Assembly: GCF_938045465.1 (NCBI RefSeq)
Contig: NZ_CALIBF010000034.1
Span: 1 to 47,453 of the forward strand
Origin: an uncultured Campylobacter sp.
GTDB lineage: Bacteria; Campylobacterota; Campylobacteria; Campylobacterales; Campylobacteraceae
Reading direction: 5' to 3'
Length of the DNA stretch: 47,453 bases
The notes under the pieces were generated by a model. It made no database searches. It was not told the DNA's origin and was given only the letters and a program-made list of their open reading frames with translations. Positions 1-12,311 of this stretch are shown here, one piece after another. Position 1 is the first letter of the stretch. Every line of letters starts with the position of its first letter. The position numbers were made by a program, and so were the translations under genes.

Positions 1-908
1 AGATAGGCGCCGCAAAACGCGTAGACGACGTCATCGGCAGATATATCGTGCATATTAAAAATTCCTTCCCTAAACAAAAGACGCTGCACGGGCTTCGCGT
101 CGTGCTTGATTGCGCAAACGGAGCAAGCTACAAGGTCGCACCTACCGTATTTAACGAGCTAGGGGCCGAAACTATCGTCATCGGCGACGAACCTAATGGC
201 AAAAATATTAATGATGCTTGCGGCGCACTAAGCCCGCAAAATTTAGCCTCGGAGGTCAAAAGATTACGCGCCGACGTCGGGTTTGCCTTCGACGGGGATG
301 CCGATAGGCTCGTAGTCGTGGACGAAAACGGCGAGATCATCCATGGCGACGCGCTGCTTGGAATTTTAGCAGTCTATTTGAAAGGAAAAAATCGCTTAGC
401 AGGCAATAAAATGGTAGCCACAGTGATGAGTAATTCTGCGCTGGAGGATTTTTTAGCTAAACACGATATCGCGCTTCATCGCTGCAACGTCGGCGATAAA
501 TTTGTACTTGAGACGATGCACGAACTAGGCGCAAATTTCGGCGGCGAGCAGAGCGGGCACGTGATCTTTGGCGATTACGCCAAAACGGGCGACGGCATCG
601 CAAGCGCGCTGCAATTCGCCGCCTGCATGCTGGATATGAAAAAGAAGGCAAGCGAACTTTCGGCTATGCTTAAGCCGTATCCTCAAATTTTACGAAATTT
701 AAAGATCGCGGATAAAAAGCCGCTTGAAAAATTAAAAGGGCTAAAGGAGTTTGAAGCAAGCCTCAAAGCGGACAAAATCCGCTCGCTCTTTCGCTACTCC
801 GGCACCGAGAACGTTATCCGCCTCTTAATCGAGGGCAAAAACGAAAAACTGCTGCAAAAGCGCATGGACGAGGTCGAGAAATTTTTTACCAAAGCCCTAA
901 ATGAATAG
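1..908 (+). CDS. glmM: phosphoglucosamine mutase, 5'-truncated by window edge
   Basis: Frame is open upstream of 48 ([19 protein letters not shown]); DCANGA, metal-binding FDGDADR, GGEQSGH and RYSGTE motifs. Confidence 0.97.
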   Translation, partial: IGAAKRVDDVIGRYIVHIKNSFPKQKTLHGLRVVLDCANGASYKVAPTVFNELGAETIVIGDEPNGKNINDACGALSPQNLASEVKRLRADVGFAFDGDADRLVVVDENGEIIHGDALLGILAVYLKGKNRLAGNKMVATVMSNSALEDFLAKHDIALHRCNVGDKFVLETMHELGANFGGEQSGHVIFGDYAKTGDGIASALQFAACMLDMKKKASELSAMLKPYPQILRNLKIADKKPLEKLKGLKEFEASLKADKIRSLFRYSGTENVIRLLIEGKNEKLLQKRMDEVEKFFTKALNE

Positions 909-1006
909 CGATTTTATAAAATTTTACGGCGCGGCAAACTGCCAGCTCCACACGAAAAGCACAGGCAAAAAAGGCAGGCTTTACATATTCAAATTTGGAT
1001 TGCAAG

Positions 1007-1468
1007 ATGGCTAAGACCTGTATTAAATTTGTCCTGCTTTTCGCGGTTATTTTTGCAATCGATCAAGCGATCAAAATTCTGTTTTTAAACGGCTTTTCAT
1101 GGCAGGGGGAGTTTTTTTCGCTAGAGCTTACGCTTAATCGCGGCGTTGCGTTTTCGATGTTTGCGTTTTTGGGCGAAAATTTAAAATTTATCCAGATCGC
1201 GCTGATCTCAGCGCTTGCAGCGTATGTATTTTGTCATAAAAAACTCTTTTGCGAGCACTGGATGCCATTTGCGCTGATGCTCGCAGGAGGCTGCTCGAAC
1301 CTGCTCGATCGCTTCATTCGCGGTGGCGTCGTGGATTACGTCGCGTGGCATAAATGGTTTGAGTTTGCAGTGTTTAATTTCGCCGATGTGATGATAGATC
1401 TAGCCGTCGTGATTTTTATTTTTCAGGGCTTACGCACCGCAAAAAAGGAGAAAAATGAAGAGAAATAA
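1007..1468 (+). CDS. lspA: lipoprotein signal peptidase II
   Basis: IDQAIK, NRGVAFS, GGCSNLLDR, GVVDY, FNFADV motifs; ATG 1007 preferred over TTG 995. Confidence 0.95.
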   Translation: MAKTCIKFVLLFAVIFAIDQAIKILFLNGFSWQGEFFSLELTLNRGVAFSMFAFLGENLKFIQIALISALAAYVFCHKKLFCEHWMPFALMLAGGCSNLLDRFIRGGVVDYVAWHKWFEFAVFNFADVMIDLAVVIFIFQGLRTAKKEKNEEK

Positions 1469-1847
1469 TTACATCGCTTACGCGCTTTGGTTTTTAGGTG
1501 CGTTTTCGTGGATCGCAGCTATGCCGATCGGCGGCGGACTGCATAGAATTTATTGCGGTAAATTTATCAGCGGATTTGCTCAAATCGCGCTATTTTGGCT
1601 AGGGAGCTTCACACTATGGTTTTTAGTGGGCTTTTTATTTTGGGCAATTTGGGGAATTTGGATTTTGCTAGATATATTTTTCGTAGGAATTTGGGTGGAA
1701 GATTTAAATGCTTTTGCAAGCGAGACCGAGGAAGACGACTACGAGGGGCGTCTAAAAAAAGTCGATGCGCTCTTTGAGCTGTATCAAAAAGGCGCGATTT
1801 CTAAAGAAGAATTCGAAGCGAGAAAAGAAATTTTAATGAGAAATTAA
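1455..1847 (+). CDS. TM2-domain membrane protein with C-terminal SHOCT
   Basis: AYALWFL...GGLHRIYCGK TM2 motif; C-terminal GAISKEEFEARKEIL. Confidence 0.8.
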   Translation: MKRNNYIAYALWFLGAFSWIAAMPIGGGLHRIYCGKFISGFAQIALFWLGSFTLWFLVGFLFWAIWGIWILLDIFFVGIWVEDLNAFASETEEDDYEGRLKKVDALFELYQKGAISKEEFEARKEILMRN

Positions 1848-1856
1848 GGAGAAAAA

Positions 1857-2297
1857 ATGAGTTACTATTGGTTTAAATTTGTCCATTTTGCGGGCTTTAT
1901 TTCATGGATGGCGATGCTATTTTATATGCCGCGTCTGTATGTTTATCACGCTGAAAATTTAGACAAGCCGGATTTCGTAAAGGTCGTTAAAAAGATGGAG
2001 CGGATGCTGTATCACGCGATCGGCTGGATAGCAATGGCAGTGACGGTTTTTAGCGGCGTGATGCTTATCATTTTAAATCAGGGGCTTATGAAAATGGGAT
2101 ATTTTCATATAAAATTACTAGCCGGAGTTTTGCTAATCTGTTATCATTTGTGGCTGTATTATTATATGTATAAATTTGAAAAAAACGAGTGCCACAGGAG
2201 CGGAAAATACTTCCGTGCGATCAACGAAGGCCCTACGATCATAATGTTTATAATACTTTATGCGATGCTAATAATGCCGAATTTACCGAGCAACTAG
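1857..2297 (+). CDS. hemJ: protoporphyrinogen IX oxidase HemJ
   Basis: WFKFVH...SWMAMLFYMPRLYVYH, HIKL, FRAINEGPT; AAGGAG RBS. Confidence 0.9.
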   Translation: MSYYWFKFVHFAGFISWMAMLFYMPRLYVYHAENLDKPDFVKVVKKMERMLYHAIGWIAMAVTVFSGVMLIILNQGLMKMGYFHIKLLAGVLLICYHLWLYYYMYKFEKNECHRSGKYFRAINEGPTIIMFIILYAMLIMPNLPSN

Positions 2298-2361
2298 CCC
2301 GTTTTGATAAAAATTTAATTAAAATTTGCATAAAATTAGAGCAAAATTTTAAAGGAAGCAT

Positions 2362-3525
2362 GTGCAACATATCATTAAGAAAATTTTATCAAGTGAAAGT
2401 AGCGCCGGCGTTATATTACTTCTATCCGCGGTTTTTGCGATCATAGCTCAAAACATAGAATTTTTATCAAAGTATTACGAAGCGTTTTTGCATTTGAGTT
2501 TTACCATAGGCGTGGGTTCTGCGAAGCTCGACGAATCGATGCATTTTTTAGTAAACGACGTGCTTATGGCGATATTTTTCTTTGCCATTGGACTTGAGCT
2601 TAAGCGCGAAAAAATCGAAGGGCAGCTGCGCCATTTCTCTCAAATTTTACTTCCTAGCTTCGCGGCTCTGGGCGGAGTAATGATGCCTGCGATCATATTT
2701 TCGATCATCAACTGGGGCGATGCCGTCGCGATGAAGGGCTGGGCGATCCCAACGGCGACCGACATAGCCTTTGCCGTGGGCGTGATGGCACTTTTAGGCA
2801 AAAAAATCCCGGCTAGCCTTAAAATTTTTGTTTTGACGCTTGCGATAATGGACGATCTGTGTGCAATTTTAATCATCGCTTTGTTTTATTCCTCTACCAT
2901 AAACGCAATCTATCTAGGCGGCGCAGCTGCCTGTGTCGCAATAATGTTAGCGATGAGCAGACTTGGCGTTGATAAAAAGCTTCCGTTTATCATCGTAGCC
3001 GTCGTACTGTGGGTGATGGTACTAAACTCCGGTATCCACGCGACCATCGCAGGAGTGCTTGCGGGCTTTTGTATCCCGCTTAAGACCCGCTCGGGCTCTA
3101 TGCTAAAGGATATGGAGCACGGACTAGCCTACCCAGTAAATTTTTTCATCTTGCCGATCTTTGCCTTTACAAACGCAGGCGTTTCGCTAGCGGGCATTAG
3201 TCCTAGCTTCCTTTTCGGCCCGGTACCGATGGGCATTATGCTCGGACTATTTTTCGGTAAACAGATAGGAATTTTTGCCTTCAGCTGGATCTTAATCAAA
3301 GCTAAAATTGCTTACATGCCCGAAAACGCGGGCTGGCCGCAGCTTTACGCAGTAGCAATTATCTGTGGTATCGGCTTTACGATGGCGCTTTTCGTCGATG
3401 GCCTCGCATACGGCGGTAGCGATATGTATCATTACACGGACAAGCTTGCGGTATTTTTAGGCTCAATAATTTCCGGTGTAATTGGATTTTTCGTCGCAAA
3501 AGCAGTCGCGGTAAAACAAAGCTAA
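2362..3525 (+). CDS. nhaA: Na+/H+ antiporter NhaA
   Basis: NDVLMAIFFF, GLELKRE, GWAIPTATDIAF, LAIMDD, GIGFTMALF. Confidence 0.97.
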   Translation: MQHIIKKILSSESSAGVILLLSAVFAIIAQNIEFLSKYYEAFLHLSFTIGVGSAKLDESMHFLVNDVLMAIFFFAIGLELKREKIEGQLRHFSQILLPSFAALGGVMMPAIIFSIINWGDAVAMKGWAIPTATDIAFAVGVMALLGKKIPASLKIFVLTLAIMDDLCAILIIALFYSSTINAIYLGGAAACVAIMLAMSRLGVDKKLPFIIVAVVLWVMVLNSGIHATIAGVLAGFCIPLKTRSGSMLKDMEHGLAYPVNFFILPIFAFTNAGVSLAGISPSFLFGPVPMGIMLGLFFGKQIGIFAFSWILIKAKIAYMPENAGWPQLYAVAIICGIGFTMALFVDGLAYGGSDMYHYTDKLAVFLGSIISGVIGFFVAKAVAVKQS

Positions 3526-3682
3526 AATCCGTAAAGGGTTAGAGTCTTAAAATTCTACGAGTAACACAAAATTTCAAAATTCTACCGCTCAAAAAATTCC
3601 AAAAATTTTAAGAGCGGCTCTAAATTTTAAAATTTATAAGCTAGAAATTTTGGCTTGAAATTATGTTTAATCTAAGTACAGC

Positions 3683-4210
3683 TTAAATCACTAAAATTCC
3701 CGCATTTTGCATTAAGTTTAGCGCGCATTCGTCGTAGTAGCCGCGCTCATGATTCGGCGCATCGTAGGTAGCTACCGCACCTCGCGGAACGATGACGTCC
3801 TTATCGGCGTCAGTTTCGTTGAGATAGGTGCGCAGGCTAAGCGCAAACTGCATCACGCAGATGTCGGTGCAACAGCCCGTAATCACAAATCGATCGAAGC
3901 CGCCCAAAATTTTCTTATCCAAATTATGAAAGCCGTTCGTGCTGCGTTTAAAAGTGACGTTTTGCTCGCTTACGTAGGGTGCGAGCTCCTCGATCACCTC
4001 CGCTTCGGGCGAGCCAACTAGACAATGGACCGGGTAGCGCTTCATCTCCAAATCCCGCTCGGCGTGAGCGTCGCAGATGAAATGCACGTTTTTCGTCGCC
4101 TCAATCTGTTTAAGCACCGCAGGAGCGATCTTTGCTATGCTAGGATCGGCCATCGCGCCGAATTTTACGAAGCCGTTTAGCATATCGATCACAAATACCA
4201 AAGTTTTCAT
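3683..4210 (-). CDS. isochorismatase/nicotinamidase-family cysteine hydrolase
   Basis: VIDMLNGF, CDAH, YPVHC, GCCTDICV (D-K-C triad and metal ligands). Confidence 0.88.
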   Translation of the reverse strand: MKTLVFVIDMLNGFVKFGAMADPSIAKIAPAVLKQIEATKNVHFICDAHAERDLEMKRYPVHCLVGSPEAEVIEELAPYVSEQNVTFKRSTNGFHNLDKKILGGFDRFVITGCCTDICVMQFALSLRTYLNETDADKDVIVPRGAVATYDAPNHERGYYDECALNLMQNAGILVI

Positions 4211-5016
4211 CAAAACTCCTTATAAATTTCAGGTTTCATATCTTTTAAAAGATCCATTTTAGCGCGAAATTTTAAAATTTCATCTAAATCCGCTCGAGCA
4301 ATCTTCACGGCCTCTTTTTTGCCTAGGCGCGCGACGATCTCACCGCCCGGACCGATCAGCATGGAATTTCCGCCGAAACTCTCGCCCTGCCCCGTATCGC
4401 CGCAGCCGTTTACCGCGCAGATAAAAATTTGATTTTCGATTGCGCGGGCCTTAGCGAGCGTGATAAAATGCTCTATGCGGCTCTGCGCAAACTGCGCGAT
4501 CACAAAAACTATCTGCGCGCCGCGAAGCGCTAAAGCGCGAAAAATTTCACAAAAGCGCAGATCGTAGCAGACCGCGACGCCGATTTTGACCGCGCGATTT
4601 TTAAATTTAATCTCGCAAATGCCTAGCTTATCACCGCCGCTTACGATCTCATTTTCGCGAGCGAACGAGAAGGCGTGGATCTTGTCGTAGCGTAAAATTT
4701 CGGCTCCGTTTTGATAGATGAAAGCGGAATTGTAAATTTTATCTTGCTTAGAATTTATCGCTCCGCCAATCAAAACAGCGCCACAGTTTTGCGAAATTTC
4801 GCTTAAAAATCCCTTCGTTCGCGCAGATCCCGCGTCGGCTAAGCGCTTGAAATTTTGTACGCAAAAGCCCGTGTTAAAGGCCTCTGGCAGCACTACTACG
4901 TCCGCGCCGCGTTTTAACGCGCGATCGATCAGCCCGCGCGCTCGGATAAAATTTTGCTCGCAATCTACGGAATTTTGAGCCATTTTCACGTCCATTTGCA
5001 AAATAGCAATTTTCAT
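4210..5016 (-). CDS. carbon-nitrogen hydrolase (nitrilase/amidase family)
   Basis: E-K-C triad: VLPE, YDKIH, VCYDLRF; ARAIENQ. Confidence 0.92.
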   Translation of the reverse strand: MKIAILQMDVKMAQNSVDCEQNFIRARGLIDRALKRGADVVVLPEAFNTGFCVQNFKRLADAGSARTKGFLSEISQNCGAVLIGGAINSKQDKIYNSAFIYQNGAEILRYDKIHAFSFARENEIVSGGDKLGICEIKFKNRAVKIGVAVCYDLRFCEIFRALALRGAQIVFVIAQFAQSRIEHFITLAKARAIENQIFICAVNGCGDTGQGESFGGNSMLIGPGGEIVARLGKKEAVKIARADLDEILKFRAKMDLLKDMKPEIYKEF

Positions 5017-5024
5017 AAAACCTC

Positions 5025-5504
5025 CTATTTAGGCGCTAAGCGCATAACATTTGCATGCGTAAGCGCGATAGCTATGGCATCCGTAATATCAAGCGGCTTA
5101 ATCTCCTTATTAATCCCCAAAATCCGCTTCACCATAAACGCAACTTGCTCTTTCGCAGCCTTTGCCTTTCCTGTGACAGATTTTTTTACCTGAAGCGGCG
5201 TATATTCGGCAAAATTTCCAAAAATTTGTAAAATTTTAAGGGCCAGCGCGCCGCGAAACTGAGCGAGCTTTAAAACAGACTGCGGATTATAGGCGTAAAA
5301 CATCGATTCTATCGCGACCTCATCGATTTTATGAGCGCTAAAAATTTGATCAATTGCCTCGCTCATCTGCGTCATTTGAAATTGAACGTTTTCGGCCTTC
5401 ATTTTCACAAGTCCCGCCTCTATGAGAGTAATTTTATTCACATCTTTTTCCAAAATCGCATAGCCTAAATTTCTAGTTCCCGGATCAATTCCTAAAATTT
5501 TCAT
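5025..5504 (-). CDS. ruvC: Holliday junction resolvase RuvC
   Basis: [34 protein letters not shown]. Confidence 0.96.
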   Translation of the reverse strand: MKILGIDPGTRNLGYAILEKDVNKITLIEAGLVKMKAENVQFQMTQMSEAIDQIFSAHKIDEVAIESMFYAYNPQSVLKLAQFRGALALKILQIFGNFAEYTPLQVKKSVTGKAKAAKEQVAFMVKRILGINKEIKPLDITDAIAIALTHANVMRLAPK

Positions 5505-5519
5505 AACCACCTTTCGCAC

Positions 5520-5590
5520 TTATTCACAGTTTAATCACCGGTGAATAAACTGAAATTTACCGCAAATTTAGTGAAATTTAGCTAAAATAG
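5520..5590. promoter_or_regulatory. oriC1 DnaA-box cluster and dnaA promoter
   Basis: TTATTCACA 5520-5528, TTAATCACC 5531-5539, GGTGAATAA 5540-5548 (reverse box); -10 TAAAAT 5583-5588; ruvC-dnaA intergenic as in epsilonproteobacterial bipartite origins. Confidence 0.75.
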
Positions 5591-5614
5591 CGGCTTAATT
5601 TATAAGGGAATTCA

Positions 5615-6943
5615 ATGGCGACGTCGCAAGCACAAGAAATTTTATCGAATTTAGAGAAGGAAATTTTACCTACCGAATACTCTAGATACATTAAAAATTT
5701 GAAATTTAACGATAAAAACTCGACCCCGGAATTTTTCATTTATAACGCAACTAACGAGTTTATAGCCAAATATGCCCAGACAAAATACGGCACTAAGATA
5801 AAAGAGCTTATCAAAAAACAGTTCGGGCTTAACGACGTAATCGTCAAAATCACCTCAAAAGCTAAAATTTCGCCGAAAGAAAAGGTAAAAATCATCTCGG
5901 AAAAGCCAAAGAGCACGATTCTAAGCGAAAATTATAATTTTGAAAATTTTATCATCGGCGATTCAAATAAATTTGCCTTCGAGTGTTCGGTATCCGTCGC
6001 GAAAGAGCCCGGAATTCGCTTTAATCCGCTCTTTATCTACGGACCTAGCGGGCTTGGAAAAACTCACTTGCTTCAATCGATCGGAAATTACTGCATTAAA
6101 AAAGGCAAAACCGTCATTTGCGTCACCAGCGAGCAGTTTGCTAATGATTTTGTTTTTAATCTCAAAAACAACTCAATCGATAAATTTAAACAAAAATACC
6201 GCAACTGCGACGTTTTGCTCATCGACGATATTCAATTTTTGATCGGGCGCGACAAAGCTCAAGAGGAGCTTTTTTATACATTCAACGAGCTAAAAGACAA
6301 AAACTGCCAAATCGTGCTAACCAACGACCTGCCGCCGAAATTTTTAAAAGGTTTTGAAAATCGCCTCACGACGCGTTTTGAAAGCGGCATCATAGCAAAT
6401 ATCACTCCGCCGGATCTAGAAACTAAAATCGCCATCATCAATAAAAAAAGTGAGGAAAATCGCGTTAGAATTCCACACGATGTCGTAGAATATATTGCTG
6501 CAAATATGGGTGATAATATCCGCGAGATCGAAGGCGCAATAAACAAACTAAATGCCTATTCCTCGATACTTCGCACAAAGATCACGCTGGAATTTACCAA
6601 AAGTACGCTGCAAGATCAAATTCACCAAAAATATTCAAGCGTGAGCCTTGAACACGTCATAGAGGTGATTTCGAAAGAACTAAACGTAAAACCTAGCGAA
6701 CTAAAGAGCAAAACGCGAGCTAAAAACGTCGTCAAAGCACGCCAAATTTGCATATATCTAACCAAACAGTTAACTCAAAACTCAATGCCTAAAATCGCCG
6801 CATTTTTTAATCTAAAAGATCACAGCGCCATCAGCAAAAATATCAAAAAAATCAACGAGCTCATTCAAACCGACGAGATGTTAAAGATAAAGATCGAAGA
6901 ACTAAAAAACAAAATAACCAAAAAGGATAAGAATGAAATTTAG
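5615..6943 (+). CDS. dnaA: chromosomal replication initiator DnaA
   Basis: FNPLFIYGPSGLGKTHLL Walker A, LLIDDIQF, NIREIEGA, domain IV KDHSAI. Confidence 0.99.
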   Translation: MATSQAQEILSNLEKEILPTEYSRYIKNLKFNDKNSTPEFFIYNATNEFIAKYAQTKYGTKIKELIKKQFGLNDVIVKITSKAKISPKEKVKIISEKPKSTILSENYNFENFIIGDSNKFAFECSVSVAKEPGIRFNPLFIYGPSGLGKTHLLQSIGNYCIKKGKTVICVTSEQFANDFVFNLKNNSIDKFKQKYRNCDVLLIDDIQFLIGRDKAQEELFYTFNELKDKNCQIVLTNDLPPKFLKGFENRLTTRFESGIIANITPPDLETKIAIINKKSEENRVRIPHDVVEYIAANMGDNIREIEGAINKLNAYSSILRTKITLEFTKSTLQDQIHQKYSSVSLEHVIEVISKELNVKPSELKSKTRAKNVVKARQICIYLTKQLTQNSMPKIAAFFNLKDHSAISKNIKKINELIQTDEMLKIKIEELKNKITKKDKNEI

Positions 6944-7099
6944 ACTTTATGAAAATAAAGCAAAAAAGGTGAATGAAAGTGAATAAAACAAAGCTACTTA
7001 CTCACTGGATAAACTACCTAAAGACAAGCTTTAGGATAAGTTTTTCACAAAAACCTCTTACCAACTATTACAACGATAAAAATTTAAAAGGATAAAAAT
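6944..7099. promoter_or_regulatory. oriC2: DnaA boxes, DnaA-trio-like run and AT-rich unwinding element
   Basis: Reverse boxes GGTGAATGA 6968-6976 and AGTGAATAA 6978-6986; TTACTCACT 6998-7006; TTTTTCACA 7041-7049 followed by CC and TTACCAACTATTACAAC. Confidence 0.75.
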
Positions 7100-8179
7100 A
7101 TGAAAGTGTTAATCACTAAAAAACTTTTAGAAGAGATAGTTTCCAATACCAGCTCCTATCTCGATAAGAAAGATCTAAGCTCGATAACTTCGCATCTTTT
7201 GATGAGCGCTAAAGATGGAATTTTTAGTATAAAAGCTACCGATCATGAAATTGGTTTGAGCTACAATCTACAAAATGTCTCGATAGAAACAGAGGGAGAA
7301 GCTACAGCAAACGGAGGCAAACTTCTTAGCGTTATTAAAGGCTTAAGCGACGATAACGTTACTTTAGAAACTGTCAACGGAGCACTATTTGTAAAGCAAA
7401 AAAAATCCAAGTACAAGCTTCCGATGTTTGAGACGAGGGATTTTCCGAGCTTTCCTACAATAGATGGTAAAAACAGCTTTGACATAAATGCTGGAATTTT
7501 AGGCAGAAGCCTTAAAAAGATCTATCCGTCGATCGATACGAACAATCCAAAATATGAGCTGAACGGCGCTTTAATCGACGTAAAAGAGGGCTTTTTAAAT
7601 TTAGTCGGAACCGATACAAAGCGACTTAGCGTTTATAAACTAATCACTCAGTCAAAAGCGGGCGAGCTAGATACTAAAATTTTAATCCCTAAAAAGGCAA
7701 TAGGCGAAATTCAAAAGCTATTTTCAGACAAGATTAAAATTTACTACGACGAAAACGTGCTGCTAGCTGTGAGCGAGAATTTTGAGTTTTTTACGAAGCT
7801 TATAAACGGCAAATTTCCAAACTACGAGCGTGTGATCCCAAACGATACGGCATATAAAATTTTAATTCCGCGCGATAAGATGGTAAGCGGCGTGCGAGCG
7901 ATAAACGCGATGTGCGAGGAGATGAAGGTTACCATTAAGAAGGACGTAATGGTTTTTGAGAGCATCAACGAGGACAATTCCGAGGCAAAAACCGAAATTG
8001 AAGCAGCGATCGAGATAAACGGCGAGATAGTTTTCGGCGTGAAAAATCGCTTTTTGCTCGATTTTTTAAGTAGCATCGAGAGCGAAATTTTTGAGCTTGA
8101 TTTTAACAGCTCCGATACGGCGTTTGTGCTTAGCGCGGATGGTTTAAAAACGGTCGTCATGCCGATAAATAATATTTAA
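7100..8179 (+). CDS. dnaN: DNA polymerase III beta clamp
   Basis: ATDHEIG, VGTDTKRL, KLINGKFPNYERVIP, VVMP; position after dnaA. Confidence 0.97.
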   Translation: MKVLITKKLLEEIVSNTSSYLDKKDLSSITSHLLMSAKDGIFSIKATDHEIGLSYNLQNVSIETEGEATANGGKLLSVIKGLSDDNVTLETVNGALFVKQKKSKYKLPMFETRDFPSFPTIDGKNSFDINAGILGRSLKKIYPSIDTNNPKYELNGALIDVKEGFLNLVGTDTKRLSVYKLITQSKAGELDTKILIPKKAIGEIQKLFSDKIKIYYDENVLLAVSENFEFFTKLINGKFPNYERVIPNDTAYKILIPRDKMVSGVRAINAMCEEMKVTIKKDVMVFESINEDNSEAKTEIEAAIEINGEIVFGVKNRFLLDFLSSIESEIFELDFNSSDTAFVLSADGLKTVVMPINNI

Positions 8180-10500
<2,321 letters not shown>

Positions 10501-10501
<1 letters not shown>

Positions 10502-11931
10502 TGTCTGTTCTATTTAGTGAGACCAAAGAGCGCGAAAACCGCTTCATAACGGCACTTAAAATTTCGGTACCGTTTACCTGCGTTTTGATTGTTTTCGGAA
10601 TTATTTTATTCCGAAACGGCGAGTTTAAATTTGACGACGTAATTTTGTTTTTGATACTTTTGATCTGCTATGTTTATTATGTCATCTATCAAATTTACTT
10701 TGGCTTTCAAAAGACGCTGATCGATCCCGTTACTCACGTATTCGTGCGCGAGGAGATCGAGAAAATTTTAAGTAATGATCTAGCCAAAAATCGTCAAATA
10801 AATATCGTTCTTTTGCGAATTAAAAATATCATCGACATAAACGATCGATACGGTTATAAAAACGGCGATGAAATTTTATACGAGTATTGTAAGGAACTTT
10901 CAAATTTTATGGCGGAGCAGGGTTTTAAGGACCTTCCGATCGGGCGCTTTATAAACGGCTACTTTGTATTCGGCGTAGAATCAAAAGCTACAAATTTAAG
11001 TCATATTTTGCGAATGTTTGAGCATAAAATTTCAAGTCAAACGATTAAAAATGTAGAGATAAAAAGCGAATTTGCAATGCTTCCAAGTTCATATGATCGC
11101 AATCTAAATAATATTGTAAATGCGCTATTTTATAAGATAAATCACCTGGACGACGAAGAGCACGGCGAGAAGGCTATTGACGTAGAGAAAGTATTAATAG
11201 ACGTATTTTCTGCCGACGTTATGGAAGCGATCGATAGTGAAAATTTCAGCTTTAAATATCAGCACGTCGCGGATAAAAACGGGGTAAAATCTCATATAAA
11301 TTTAATTCCGAAGCTTGATCTAAGAAGCGGCGAAAAGATCACAAAAAGTAGAATTTTAGATATTTTGCTTCTAAATCATTACGATATTAAATACGATATT
11401 TCGATGATGAGGCAGATTTCTAGGATCATCTATTTTAAGGATATCGACGCTAAAATTTTCATCGAGGTCATGCCTCAGACTCTGCGAAATAACGAGTTTC
11501 GCAATGAAATTTTAAAGCTCATCGACAATAATCTGATAGATCCGAAAAAGATCGTGTTCGAGTTTAACGAAAAGCTCATCTACCCGGAGATCAAGCGGTT
11601 TGAAGAAATTTTGATAAAATTTCACGAGCTCGGCTTCGGTTTTGCGCTGTCGCAGTTCGGCGGCTCAAACGCTAGCTTTGAGTATTTAAAGTTTCTAAAC
11701 GTCGATTTTATCGTTTATGATATAGAATTTAACAAAAATTTAGACGATGAAAAGATTAAAAATATATTTATAGGCATCAACGAAGCCTGCGCAAAATCGA
11801 GCATCAAAACCGTAATGCGCTTTGTAGATAAGCAGGAATTTCAAATGCAGCTTTATAAAATGGGTATCGATTATATTCAGGGATTTTGCGTCGAAAAGCC
11901 GAACGATATATCGAATTTAAGGAGATCATAG
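10501..11931 (+). CDS. membrane-anchored degenerate GGDEF-EAL domain protein
   Basis: Two N-terminal TM segments; INDRYGYKNGDEIL (GGDEF N-part) but RFINGYF in place of GGDEF; EAL-like IVFEF, FALSQFGG, YIQGF. Confidence 0.8.
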
Positions 11932-12311
11932 TGAGATATGGCGAAGAGGAAATTGAGAAATTTGACATAGAAAAGATGGAAGTTTGGCCCAATAAACAAA
12001 AGCGCGATTATCTTATAAAAATAACCCTACCTGAGTTTTGCTGCCGCTGTCCGCGCTCGGGCTATCCGGACTTTGCGACGATCTATTTGGAATATATCCC
12101 CGATAAGCTCGTAGTTGAACTTAAAGCGATTAAAATTTACATAAATTCCTTTATGGATCGCTACATCAGCCACGAAGATAGCATAAATGAAATTTACGGC
12201 GCGCTGCAAAGCAAGCTAAAGCCTAAATTTATGAAAATCAGGGGCGATTTTAATCCGCGCGGCAACGTCCACACGGTAATCGAAATAAATTCGGATCAAA
12301 TTTACCGATGA
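11931..12311 (+). CDS. queF: preQ0 (7-cyano-7-deazaguanine) reductase QueF
   Basis: PEFCCRCPRSGYPDFA, VELKAIK, SHE, FNPRG; GTG start after AAGGAG. Confidence 0.95.
   Translation: MRYGEEEIEKFDIEKMEVWPNKQKRDYLIKITLPEFCCRCPRSGYPDFATIYLEYIPDKLVVELKAIKIYINSFMDRYISHEDSINEIYGALQSKLKPKFMKIRGDFNPRGNVHTVIEINSDQIYR

Noticed and set aside
901..1014. 37-codon ORF overlapping the glmM stop and lspA start
   Set aside because: No RBS or recognisable motif; cannot be distinguished from a chance ORF
3526..3682. AT-rich AAATTT/AAAATTC-laden gap between nhaA and the cysteine hydrolase
   Set aside because: Low-complexity host intergenic sequence; no convincing RNA gene or discrete terminator could be delimited
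11886..11930. ORF-track N-terminal extension of queF
   Set aside because: The RBS supports GTG 11931; no preQ1 riboswitch pattern seen either
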